Shown here piece by piece: positions 18,027 to 26,259 of a DNA stretch of 64,000 bases. This DNA comes from a virus. The stretch lies in IMG/VR virus record IMGVR_UViG_3300045988_183931, positions 6,965 through 70,964 of that record. The stretch is one strand, 5' to 3'. Each line of letters begins with the position of its first letter. Positions within the stretch are counted from its first letter, which is position 1. The position numbers were made by a program, and so were the translations under genes. The notes beneath the pieces are model-generated. The model made no database searches, had not been told where the DNA came from, and saw nothing but the letters and a program-made list of their open reading frames with translations.

Positions 18027-19064
18027 ATGAACAATGTATCTATCAAAGCCGCCGCAGCTTTCTGCGACGAGAACACGCTGGTTAAGGTCTCCCGCAACAA
18101 CCCTAAGCACGACAGATTCGAGACCACATTCGTTCCTTTCAAGGACATCCGCAAGAGCGATTCTGTGAGCGTCTTCAGCGACGGTCACGAACTGCACTTT
18201 TCCGTTCTCACAAATGCTTCTTTCGAGAAGGACGAGCGATACGGGAATGAGTGCGGCTGGTCTGTTAAGGTCACTGAGGATGCCGGCAAGACGGTATTGA
18301 TTCTCCATCCTGCAGATTTTGCGCCCTATATCATCAGCCTTTCCGTCACCGACGAAGGAGATTGGCGCGGCTGCCGGCTGCTTTTTGAGAGTGTCCTCAA
18401 CGATACTGAAGCTATCGTCAACAATATGCGGGCGAGATTCGAGCCGCGTGTGGCTCCGGAAAACACCTGCGGGCGGCATTCTGACACGGTTGCGGCCATG
18501 GCGAAGAGAGACCTTACCCGCGAGTGGACGGAGCAGTTCGGCTTCCGCCTCATTTCGGACAGCGTAAACTTCACCCAGTGCGGTGTGAAGGACATTCTCT
18601 CTGAGAAGTTCTTCAATTCCCCTGCCATGGAGCTGACGTTCTTCGCCTATTCCGACGGCGAGTATTCAGCGTCCCCCCTGTTCTTTGCCAAACTGCCCGA
18701 TTTGGGCGAACGGTACAACAAGCCTGAGGGACGTGCTGCAATCGCAGAACTGCTGCAGAAGCTGGATGAGATGTACGGCGACCTGCCTGAAGACACAACA
18801 AAATGGGCTCTGGAGTATCAGCTTTGGGCTCGTATGCTGCTGGCAGAAGGTGCGGTCATGCTGAATCCGAAGCACCTCGACCTCCCCGACTGCGCCTACG
18901 AATTCAAAACGCTGGCTTTCGGTAATAAAATGCTGAAAGACAGCGGTGACGGTATTGCGTGGGCAAAGGCTGTCAAAACACCTATCAGCGTAATCGCCGA
19001 GGCGTGGGAGAATGACATGAGTGAGTCCGGCGATGAGGCTTTTACCTGCATCGTAACTGGCTGA
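18027..19064 (+). CDS. hypothetical protein (345 aa), paralog A of a tandem pair
   Basis: RBS GAAAGGAG. C-terminal half is ~60% identical to the next gene (LFFAKLP, MYGDLP, LEYQLWARMLL, EGAVMLNP). Confidence 0.55.
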   Translation: MNNVSIKAAAAFCDENTLVKVSRNNPKHDRFETTFVPFKDIRKSDSVSVFSDGHELHFSVLTNASFEKDERYGNECGWSVKVTEDAGKTVLILHPADFAPYIISLSVTDEGDWRGCRLLFESVLNDTEAIVNNMRARFEPRVAPENTCGRHSDTVAAMAKRDLTREWTEQFGFRLISDSVNFTQCGVKDILSEKFFNSPAMELTFFAYSDGEYSASPLFFAKLPDLGERYNKPEGRAAIAELLQKLDEMYGDLPEDTTKWALEYQLWARMLLAEGAVMLNPKHLDLPDCAYEFKTLAFGNKMLKDSGDGIAWAKAVKTPISVIAEAWENDMSESGDEAFTCIVTG

Positions 19065-19081
19065 CGTTGAAAGGAGAAAAC

Positions 19082-20128
19082 ATGGATAATCTGATTTCGA
19101 ACAAGCGAAAGCTGCATTGCGACGAGAACGTATTGGTCCATATCGTGCGTTACTGCCGTGATACGGATGATGCAGATGGCGACGGCATTAGAGAGGTGGA
19201 AATGTATGTCCCCTTCAAGTATATCTGCAAGGGCGATGCCATTGATATTCCTGATAAGGACACCGACGATGCCTTCAGAACAACCGCCTATGCTGCGGAG
19301 GACGCTTCGTATAGCGAAGCTCGTGCGGGTGGTTGGTTTGTGCCGGTCGCCTGTACTGGGCAGAAAGAGTATGTTCTGAAGCCTGATGATTTCGCACCTT
19401 GGCTCGTGACCCTGAGTGTCGCTTTCACACACGGGTCGTCCTGCAAACTCTTTTTCGAGTGCGTGGAACGAAGCGAAGAGAAGCTGTGGGCAAACATTCA
19501 CAGAATCTTTGACGATGTGCCGACGCTGCGGCATGAGCTGGGTTTCGTTGCCCTCGTCCGACATATGGCACGGAAGTACCTCACACCTGATAGGACGGAG
19601 CCTCTTGGCTTCAGATTCCTTTCGGATGATGTTGTCTGGAGCAACTGTAAAGTGAAGGATATCCTTCCCGACCGGTTCTTCGCAGCAGCGGACATGGAGC
19701 TAACGTTTTACGCCTATGCGGAAGACGAGTATGCTGAGAGTCCCCTATTCTTCGCCAAGCTGCCGTATCTCGGTACGCATCACGGAACTCCCGCAGGCTG
19801 CGTGATTTGCGCCTCCATCCTGCGAAAGCTGGACGAGCTGTATGGCGACCTGCCGACAGAAACGTCCCGCTGGTCGCTTGAATACCAGCTCTGGGCCCGT
19901 ATGCTGCTGACGGAAGGCGCAGTCATGCTGAACCCGATGCATTTGGCACTCTATGAAGACGAGCATACCTTTAATTCGCTTGTCTTTTGCGATGATGCGC
20001 TGGAAGTCAGCGGTGATGCTATTGTATGGAAGAAGGCATCCGGCGCTCCCAGCAACAAGATTACTGAGGCATGGGAAAAAGAGACGGAAAAGTCTGGCTG
20101 CAATGACACATTTACTTGCGCCATTTAA
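19082..20128 (+). CDS. hypothetical protein (348 aa), paralog B of the tandem pair
   Basis: RBS GAAAGGAG, ATG 19082. Shares conserved blocks with 18027..19064. Confidence 0.55.
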   Translation: MDNLISNKRKLHCDENVLVHIVRYCRDTDDADGDGIREVEMYVPFKYICKGDAIDIPDKDTDDAFRTTAYAAEDASYSEARAGGWFVPVACTGQKEYVLKPDDFAPWLVTLSVAFTHGSSCKLFFECVERSEEKLWANIHRIFDDVPTLRHELGFVALVRHMARKYLTPDRTEPLGFRFLSDDVVWSNCKVKDILPDRFFAAADMELTFYAYAEDEYAESPLFFAKLPYLGTHHGTPAGCVICASILRKLDELYGDLPTETSRWSLEYQLWARMLLTEGAVMLNPMHLALYEDEHTFNSLVFCDDALEVSGDAIVWKKASGAPSNKITEAWEKETEKSGCNDTFTCAI

Positions 20129-20153
20129 GCCACGAAAGGAGGGACAAACGAAA

Positions 20154-20795
20154 ATGCTGGATACTTCCGACATTCGCCATTTTGTTATACCGAAGATAAG
20201 AGAGACCATTCTGTATATCAACCGCTATGAGAAAGCGGCTGAAGCCATTGCCGCAATCGTCGGGATGGGTGCGTCCTTACAGGTTCGTCCGAAGCTGTCT
20301 GACCTGCCGCAAGACGCGGCGGAACTGGTTCTGCGGAAGCGCGAACTGGCTGAGTTATACGGCTTCGTTGAACAGAACTACGCCCATCTCCTGATTTCCG
20401 GTATTCTGTTCCACAGCGACTGTGAGAGTAAGCAGAAATCCATCAAAGCGTACCACGAGTTGTACTTTGCGCTGTGCGAGTATATCGTCCATGTGTCACA
20501 TTGCACGGATATACTCTACAAGGCAAAAGGGCAGCATAATGACCCTTTGTGGATTTGGGATGATGATGGTACATTTACGACCGCTTGGACGGCTCAGTAC
20601 CATGATGATTTCGACAACACGCTCTCCGCAATGAGCCATCAGGAAGATGAACTGCTCCAGACCATTTCCAGAAGCGCCGCCGTACTGCGAGACGCCTTCG
20701 CAGCGTTTTCCTTGGATTATCGCAACGACGCTGATGGGTGCGGCCAAAGGGTTCTGAAGGAGTATCAGGAGCGCATGGTTAAAAGGGAATGCTAA
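20154..20795 (+). CDS. hypothetical protein (213 aa)
   Basis: RBS GAAAGGAGGG then ATG. Confidence 0.5.
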   Translation: MLDTSDIRHFVIPKIRETILYINRYEKAAEAIAAIVGMGASLQVRPKLSDLPQDAAELVLRKRELAELYGFVEQNYAHLLISGILFHSDCESKQKSIKAYHELYFALCEYIVHVSHCTDILYKAKGQHNDPLWIWDDDGTFTTAWTAQYHDDFDNTLSAMSHQEDELLQTISRSAAVLRDAFAAFSLDYRNDADGCGQRVLKEYQERMVKREC

Positions 20796-20821
20796 AAGCA
20801 AGATAAAAAAAACTAAATTTC

Positions 20822-20853
20822 AAAAGAAGCTCCTTCGGGAGCTTCTTTTTTTA
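20822..20853 (+). terminator. intrinsic terminator
   Basis: GAAGCTCCTTCGGGAGCTTC + TTTTTTT. Confidence 0.7.
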
Positions 20854-20859
20854 CGTTGC

Positions 20860-21001
20860 TGCTGTTGACAAAATAGCGAAACGTGGTAGTATAATAGTAT
20901 AATTACGAAGATATTTTTATAAGGAGTTTTATCTCCGTTTTTCAAGTCACATCATAAATTCAGACAATCACTTCCCTTTTCGGGCAGTGATTGTCTTTTT
21001 C
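20860..21001 (+). promoter_or_regulatory. conserved promoter-leader-attenuator module 4
   Basis: TTGACA 20865-20870, CGTGGTAGTATAAT, second TATAAT. GGAGTTTTATCTCC. AGACAATCACTTCCC-TTTT-CGGGCAGTGATTGTCT + TTTTT. The stem covaries relative to modules 1-3. Confidence 0.6.
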
Positions 21002-21068
21002 TATATATACATTTTATTTTGGTTTCCCGTAAGTCCTTATCACAGGCTGGGAGAAAGGAGAAAACATC

Positions 21069-22934
21069 ATGGCAAACTGTGTACTCTTCCGAGGGAAGAA
21101 AGGGTTCGATATCAGCACCCTTCCGTACGGGCTGAACTCGCTTCCCAATAGAAACACAAGTACGGTGTCCAAATGGAGTGCTCCCAAGCGCCCCTCTGCA
21201 AAGGGGTATTCTACCCTTCACAACTATGCGACCAGAGCTCTTTTGGCGTATCTGGGAATTCCCAATTTTGTCGATGACTACGCTCTTTTGCAGGTTTCTG
21301 ATAACCTGTGGAGCGCGGAATATCGAGACGCCACGGAATCGAGGACGTATCTTTTCACCTACAAGACGGTCATTCAAACGAATGCGCCGGCAGTAGGTAA
21401 GCTGGCGGCTGCGTCAGCGGCACCTTCCGGACAGTGGGTGGGAACCCCGTCTATTGGCTCGGAGTCGGACACTCTCGACCTGAGCGGTGCTCTCCTTGCG
21501 ATGACCCCGTTCACCCTCGCAACGTATTACGGCGCACCTGAACTGGCTGTTGTCGCAAACAATGTGGAGCTCAAGCAGGTACAGACGGACATCCTTGACC
21601 TGAGTGCCAAGTACCCCGCCGACTGGGGCAACCATATGGATGAGATTCCTGATGCAAGAGACTTCCTCTACACATTCAGCGACATTCTCTACTACGGTTG
21701 TGAAGACGGAAAAATCCCTCTCAACATCCAGAACGGCAATCTGGATACCCTGACCCGGCAGAAGGTAAACAGTGGAGCCTTTAATGGCACCGTCATCGTT
21801 GGCTCCCCGACCATTATCGGTGGAACCATGGCCTCAAGCACCGGCTCGTCTGAAAAGAGCATGACCGTGAAGGATGCCAAACTCAGATATGCTGCATGGA
21901 CAAAAACACATACGTGGACGCAAGACGAAGAACTGCTGATTCCCACCTTTGACGACGACTTCAAGGTCCAGCCGGAGGTAATCGAAATCGCAGATAAAAT
22001 CGTCGCAACGTCTAATATGCGCGTTCCGTTCCGCAACTTCCTGTGGCGCGGCATTACCGGTTACGGCAAGTCTACCGGTACGAAGGTGTTGGCGTGCATC
22101 CTGCACACCCCCCGTTTGGAGCTGACCTGTCATACTGATATGTTGGCAAAGGACTTGATTTCCGAGTTCGTTCCCTGCAATCCTGTGGATGCGGCACGAG
22201 GAGAACTCCCCTCCTTTGAGGAAATTTCCTTCGACCCCGAATCCGCGTGGAACAACATGACAGGAGAAGATGGCACGGGCATTACCTCCGAGGAGTGCTT
22301 TGCAAAGTATTCCGAGCTGTTGGTTGCACGTGCCGGCTGCACTTCCCCCGTGAAAGTGGTTGAATCCGCTTTTGTGAAGGCTGTTTCTCGCGGATACATC
22401 TGCGAGATTCAGGAGGTCAGCCGAATCAAGGATTCCGGTGTTATGGTCGCGCTGAACCAGTACGATTTGCCGGGAGCTATGATTCCTCTGGTAGATGGTG
22501 GATTTACCTATCGGCAGAAGGACGCCGTTGTGGTATTCACAGATAACGTCGGATATGCTTCCTGCCGTCCCATTGACCAGTCGGTTCTCCGTCGCTGCCG
22601 CATGATTTTCGACAGTACGGAAATCGAGAAGAAAGCCATGCTGGAGCGCATCAAATACAACACCGGCTGGAGTCGCGATGACAGAACCCTGTACGCGCTC
22701 TACGATGTGTACGAGCAGATTCGCAGCTACTGTGCGGACAAGGAAATCACCGAGGGTTCTTGCACCATCTGTGAGCTCGAATCCCTCGTGTGCTGCGTGC
22801 AGTGTGATGACCGCTATCTGGCGAATCTTGAAAAGTATATTGACACGTGCCTCATCTCGAAATGCACGAACGACCCCGTTGAACAGAACGAAATTCGTTC
22901 CAACGCAGCACAAGTCATCAGCAAGGTGGCATAA
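21069..22934 (+). CDS. AAA+ ATPase (MoxR/CobS-like)
   Basis: Walker A GITGYGKST. Walker B-like VVVFTDN. RBS GAAAGGAG. Confidence 0.55.
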   Translation: MANCVLFRGKKGFDISTLPYGLNSLPNRNTSTVSKWSAPKRPSAKGYSTLHNYATRALLAYLGIPNFVDDYALLQVSDNLWSAEYRDATESRTYLFTYKTVIQTNAPAVGKLAAASAAPSGQWVGTPSIGSESDTLDLSGALLAMTPFTLATYYGAPELAVVANNVELKQVQTDILDLSAKYPADWGNHMDEIPDARDFLYTFSDILYYGCEDGKIPLNIQNGNLDTLTRQKVNSGAFNGTVIVGSPTIIGGTMASSTGSSEKSMTVKDAKLRYAAWTKTHTWTQDEELLIPTFDDDFKVQPEVIEIADKIVATSNMRVPFRNFLWRGITGYGKSTGTKVLACILHTPRLELTCHTDMLAKDLISEFVPCNPVDAARGELPSFEEISFDPESAWNNMTGEDGTGITSEECFAKYSELLVARAGCTSPVKVVESAFVKAVSRGYICEIQEVSRIKDSGVMVALNQYDLPGAMIPLVDGGFTYRQKDAVVVFTDNVGYASCRPIDQSVLRRCRMIFDSTEIEKKAMLERIKYNTGWSRDDRTLYALYDVYEQIRSYCADKEITEGSCTICELESLVCCVQCDDRYLANLEKYIDTCLISKCTNDPVEQNEIRSNAAQVISKVA

Positions 22935-22949
22935 GGGTCCGAAAGGAGA

Positions 22950-22981
22950 AAAGAGGCATGGTGCCTCTTTTCTTTCTTTTC
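22950..22981 (+). terminator. internal hairpin + T-rich tract (possible attenuator)
   Basis: AAGAGGCATGGTGCCTCTT followed by TTCTTTCTTTTC, between the AAA+ gene and the next ORF. Confidence 0.35.
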
Positions 22982-23010
22982 GGATAAGAAAGAAAGGAGA
23001 AAAAAACACC

Positions 23011-23430
23011 ATGACTCAGAACTATAACAACATCAACTTTTTCAATCGTGAAAATTACAACGCGCTCTGCGCCAAGGTCGGCGAATGCGTCAAGAAGGGT
23101 ATTCCCAATGCAGATAAGCTGCTTGAGAGCCTTGAAGAGCGATGCTCTGCCTTCCTCGACTATGTGAACACAGTTGATATGGGTGAGACCCGCATCATCA
23201 TTGCTCACAACCGTCTTGAGGGCGAAGACCTCCGCGACGCATTGCAGACCATCGACAGGCTCCGTAAATGCTACCATGACGTTGCTTGCAATAGCTGCAA
23301 TGTCATTAACCGGATGGCGGCAGCAAACGGAATCAGTCCGATTTTTACCGGAGATTCCACCGACCGCCTGCAGGTGGCAGACTTCTGCCTTGAATTTACC
23401 GTTGAAATTTTCAAGAACCGGAAAAAGTAA
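23011..23430 (+). CDS. hypothetical protein (139 aa)
   Basis: RBS GAAAGGAGAAAAAAA then ATG 23011. Confidence 0.5.
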   Translation: MTQNYNNINFFNRENYNALCAKVGECVKKGIPNADKLLESLEERCSAFLDYVNTVDMGETRIIIAHNRLEGEDLRDALQTIDRLRKCYHDVACNSCNVINRMAAANGISPIFTGDSTDRLQVADFCLEFTVEIFKNRKK

Positions 23431-23447
23431 GAAAGGAGAGTTGACGC

Positions 23448-25670
23448 ATGGACCAGAAATCTATCTGGAGGCAAATCCGCGTAGGCGCCAAGGAAATGAG
23501 CGAAAAACTCACAGATGCTGACATCTACACCAGTGAAGCGTTTCGGAGTCATGTGCAGGCAACGGTCGATTCGATGACGAAAGACCTTGACAAGCACATC
23601 TCCGTTTCTCTGATGCATAACCCCAAATCCGACATCACCGCCTGTACTGACGGGAATAGTCTTTGTCAGAATACGGCAAACAGTGTCATCACATGGTATA
23701 AGCTCCCCTCCTCCCGATTCGCAACGGTCATGGGTATTGTCTATCACGAGTTGGCCCACATCCGATTCCACGACTTTCGCGCCGATGCGCTGGCAGACAA
23801 GGAACTGGAAGAGAACGGCACACTCTATGGACGGATGCCTGAACCGGACGATGAGACAGAGCTGGATGAGATGAAGGAGGCGCTGAAGCATCCTGAATAC
23901 CGCAAGGTGTTCAAGTCGCTGCGAGACGAACTCGTCAACTGCATCATCGACGCACACGACGAGGAACGTATGAGCGACTACTACGGCGGCATTGTCGCTC
24001 GTGGTATTGAGATGGCAGCATCTTCCCTTCAGGGGCAGCTTCACACGCTGGAAGGCTATACGAACAACAAGAAGGAGCCGCTGTCTATTATGACAAGCCT
24101 CGTTCTCCAGTTCGCACGATTTGGTGAAATTCTCGTTGCGGATGAGCAGACGCTCTATACCAATGAGTACGCCAAAAAGCTGACAGACATCTCGCAGACC
24201 ATTGAGCTTGCCACCAACACGGATAACCCGAAGGAGCTGTATTCCCAAATCAATGTGATGCTTCTCTTTATGTGGCCTTACATTAAGGACGCGATTGAGA
24301 AGTGTGACAAGCAGCAGAGCTCTCAGGCAGGCCAAGGCCAGCAGGGGCAAGGTCAGCAGTCCGGCTCCGACCAGAACGGTCAGGGCGGGCAGCAAGGACA
24401 GCCCGCTTCCAGCGGTGGTCAAGGCAGTCAGAACCAGCAGGGCGGCGGAGGTATCTCCCAGCCCAGCGCCAATGCCATTCAGCAGGTGCTCCAGCAAATT
24501 GCTCAGGGCGCACAGAATGGAGGTGGTTCTCAGATGCCTCAGAACCAGAAGGCATCCAACGTAGCCAAGCAAGCTACCAAGGATGCCCAGTCTGCCGACA
24601 AGAAGAAGGGTAAGAAAAACGACAGCGGTAGTGGTTCCGGCGGGAATGATGCCAATAAGGGCAACATCCCCGCTGCTGTGGCCGGCAAGAGCGGCGATGG
24701 ACAGGATAAAAACGGAAAGCAGGAGCAAGCCGACAGTATGTTGGCGAATGTCCTGCAGACCATTATTTCCTCCGTTGCCGGAAACATGGCCGAAGCACAG
24801 ATGGAGCAGGATTTGAAGTCTCAAATCATCGCTGATGTTGACATCATGGACCGTAGCTCTACGCACAAGGGCCATAGCATCGACGTCAAACGCGAGGTTG
24901 AAGTAACACCTTCCAACATCAAGCTCTACGGTGAAATGATGGAGGATGTGTCGCAGTATTCCAAGCGTCTGGCAAAGTTGATGCAGCAGGAGTTGAAGGA
25001 CCTGCAGGACGGCGATGTCCGCAGAAACCGAATGTACGGTAGAGATATCGTTGCAAGCGAAATGTGGCGTCCGGATTGCCGGTTCTTCAGCGACACAAAG
25101 TTGCCGCAGGACCTGCCCGATATGGCAGTTTCCGTGCTGGTTGACCAGTCTGGCTCGATGTACGGACAGCGCATGGGCGCCGCTATGAAGGCTACCATGC
25201 TCCTGCATGACTTTGCAGAGCGTGTTCATGTTCCTGTCGCTGTGTACGGTCACAATGTGACCATGCATGGTAGGGTCAACCTGTTCGTCTACACAGACTT
25301 CCTGAAGGCCGGTAAGCGTGACAAGTACCGTCTTGCCAAGCTCTCCACTGGCGGCTGTAACCGTGACGGTGCAGCACTGGAGGTCGTTGCGAACCTGCTG
25401 AATGCGAGACCTGAGCGCACGAAGCTCCTCATTATCATTTCGGATGGTAAGCCGAATGATGATTCCTATGGTGGAGATTCTGCGGCGAAGGACATCAAAG
25501 ACATCGTAGCCCGCAATCGCCGGCGCGGTGTTGAGATTGTCGCAGCAGCTATTGGCGACGACAAAGAGTACCTCAAGAAGATTTACGGCGACCAGTTCCT
25601 TGACATTACTGACCTGTCCACCTTCCCCAAGGCAATGGTCAAAATCGTCAAGAAGCGGTTGAAGGTCTAA
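23448..25670 (+). CDS. VWA-domain protein with N-terminal HExxH motif and Gln/Gly-rich linker (CobT/NorD-like partner of the AAA+ ATPase)
   Basis: HELAH at ~aa 100. MIDAS-like DQSGSM, with downstream ISDGKPND. Low-complexity QGQQGQGQQSGSDQNGQGG stretch. RBS GAAAGGAG. Confidence 0.55.
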   Translation: MDQKSIWRQIRVGAKEMSEKLTDADIYTSEAFRSHVQATVDSMTKDLDKHISVSLMHNPKSDITACTDGNSLCQNTANSVITWYKLPSSRFATVMGIVYHELAHIRFHDFRADALADKELEENGTLYGRMPEPDDETELDEMKEALKHPEYRKVFKSLRDELVNCIIDAHDEERMSDYYGGIVARGIEMAASSLQGQLHTLEGYTNNKKEPLSIMTSLVLQFARFGEILVADEQTLYTNEYAKKLTDISQTIELATNTDNPKELYSQINVMLLFMWPYIKDAIEKCDKQQSSQAGQGQQGQGQQSGSDQNGQGGQQGQPASSGGQGSQNQQGGGGISQPSANAIQQVLQQIAQGAQNGGGSQMPQNQKASNVAKQATKDAQSADKKKGKKNDSGSGSGGNDANKGNIPAAVAGKSGDGQDKNGKQEQADSMLANVLQTIISSVAGNMAEAQMEQDLKSQIIADVDIMDRSSTHKGHSIDVKREVEVTPSNIKLYGEMMEDVSQYSKRLAKLMQQELKDLQDGDVRRNRMYGRDIVASEMWRPDCRFFSDTKLPQDLPDMAVSVLVDQSGSMYGQRMGAAMKATMLLHDFAERVHVPVAVYGHNVTMHGRVNLFVYTDFLKAGKRDKYRLAKLSTGGCNRDGAALEVVANLLNARPERTKLLIIISDGKPNDDSYGGDSAAKDIKDIVARNRRRGVEIVAAAIGDDKEYLKKIYGDQFLDITDLSTFPKAMVKIVKKRLKV

Positions 25671-25724
25671 CAACAATTAAAGAGCCACCTTTCGGGGTGG
25701 CTCTCTTTGAAAGGAGATAATGCT

Positions 25725-25961
25725 ATGGATTTAGGTTACATTGCTCCCTGCCCCGTGTGTGGTGGCAAAATCAAGCTGTATTCCCACTGTGGCAAGCCCG
25801 ATTGTAAGGCTGTATGTCAGAGTTGCAAAAAGGGGTTTCCGTTCCACGCAAACCTGAAGACCTATGCCGGCACAAAAATCTATGCCAGCAGTATCAGGAA
25901 GAGTGTGCGGATGTGGAATAACACGGTTTCCAAGGAAGTCATTGCCGATGAGACCCTTTGA
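25725..25961 (+). CDS. small zinc-ribbon protein (78 aa)
   Basis: CPVCGG ... CQSCKK. RBS AAGGAG 8 nt upstream of ATG 25725. Confidence 0.45.
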   Translation: MDLGYIAPCPVCGGKIKLYSHCGKPDCKAVCQSCKKGFPFHANLKTYAGTKIYASSIRKSVRMWNNTVSKEVIADETL

Positions 25962-26049
25962 TTCTGTTTGCTGCAGAAAGGAGTTGAGTTTCTGCATATA
26001 AGAATATATAATGATATGCAAAAAGAACCCGTAGAAAGGAGAAAACATA

Positions 26050-26259
26050 ATGACTGCAAAGCTGAAAAGCGATGCGCTGAGAGTTATCAAGAAGCTCCGC
26101 TGCTACGGCACGGACGCTGAAGACAACCTCGGCTGCGGCGATAAGCGGTGCAAGTACCGTGATGTGGACGGTGCCTGTAACATCAACGACATTGAAGCGG
26201 ATGCTGCCGATGTGATAGAAAAATTATTGAAGGAGATTGAGAAGTATGAACATCACTGA
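26050..26259 (+). CDS. hypothetical protein (69 aa)
   Basis: RBS GAAAGGAG then ATG. Confidence 0.45.
   Translation: MTAKLKSDALRVIKKLRCYGTDAEDNLGCGDKRCKYRDVDGACNINDIEADAADVIEKLLKEIEKYEHH

Noticed and set aside
23271-25676. 801-aa minus-strand ORF (and 21834-23012, 392 aa)
   Set aside because: They are antisense to the VWA and AAA+ genes, whose + strand frames carry Walker A / MIDAS motifs and proper RBSs. These are spurious shadow ORFs.
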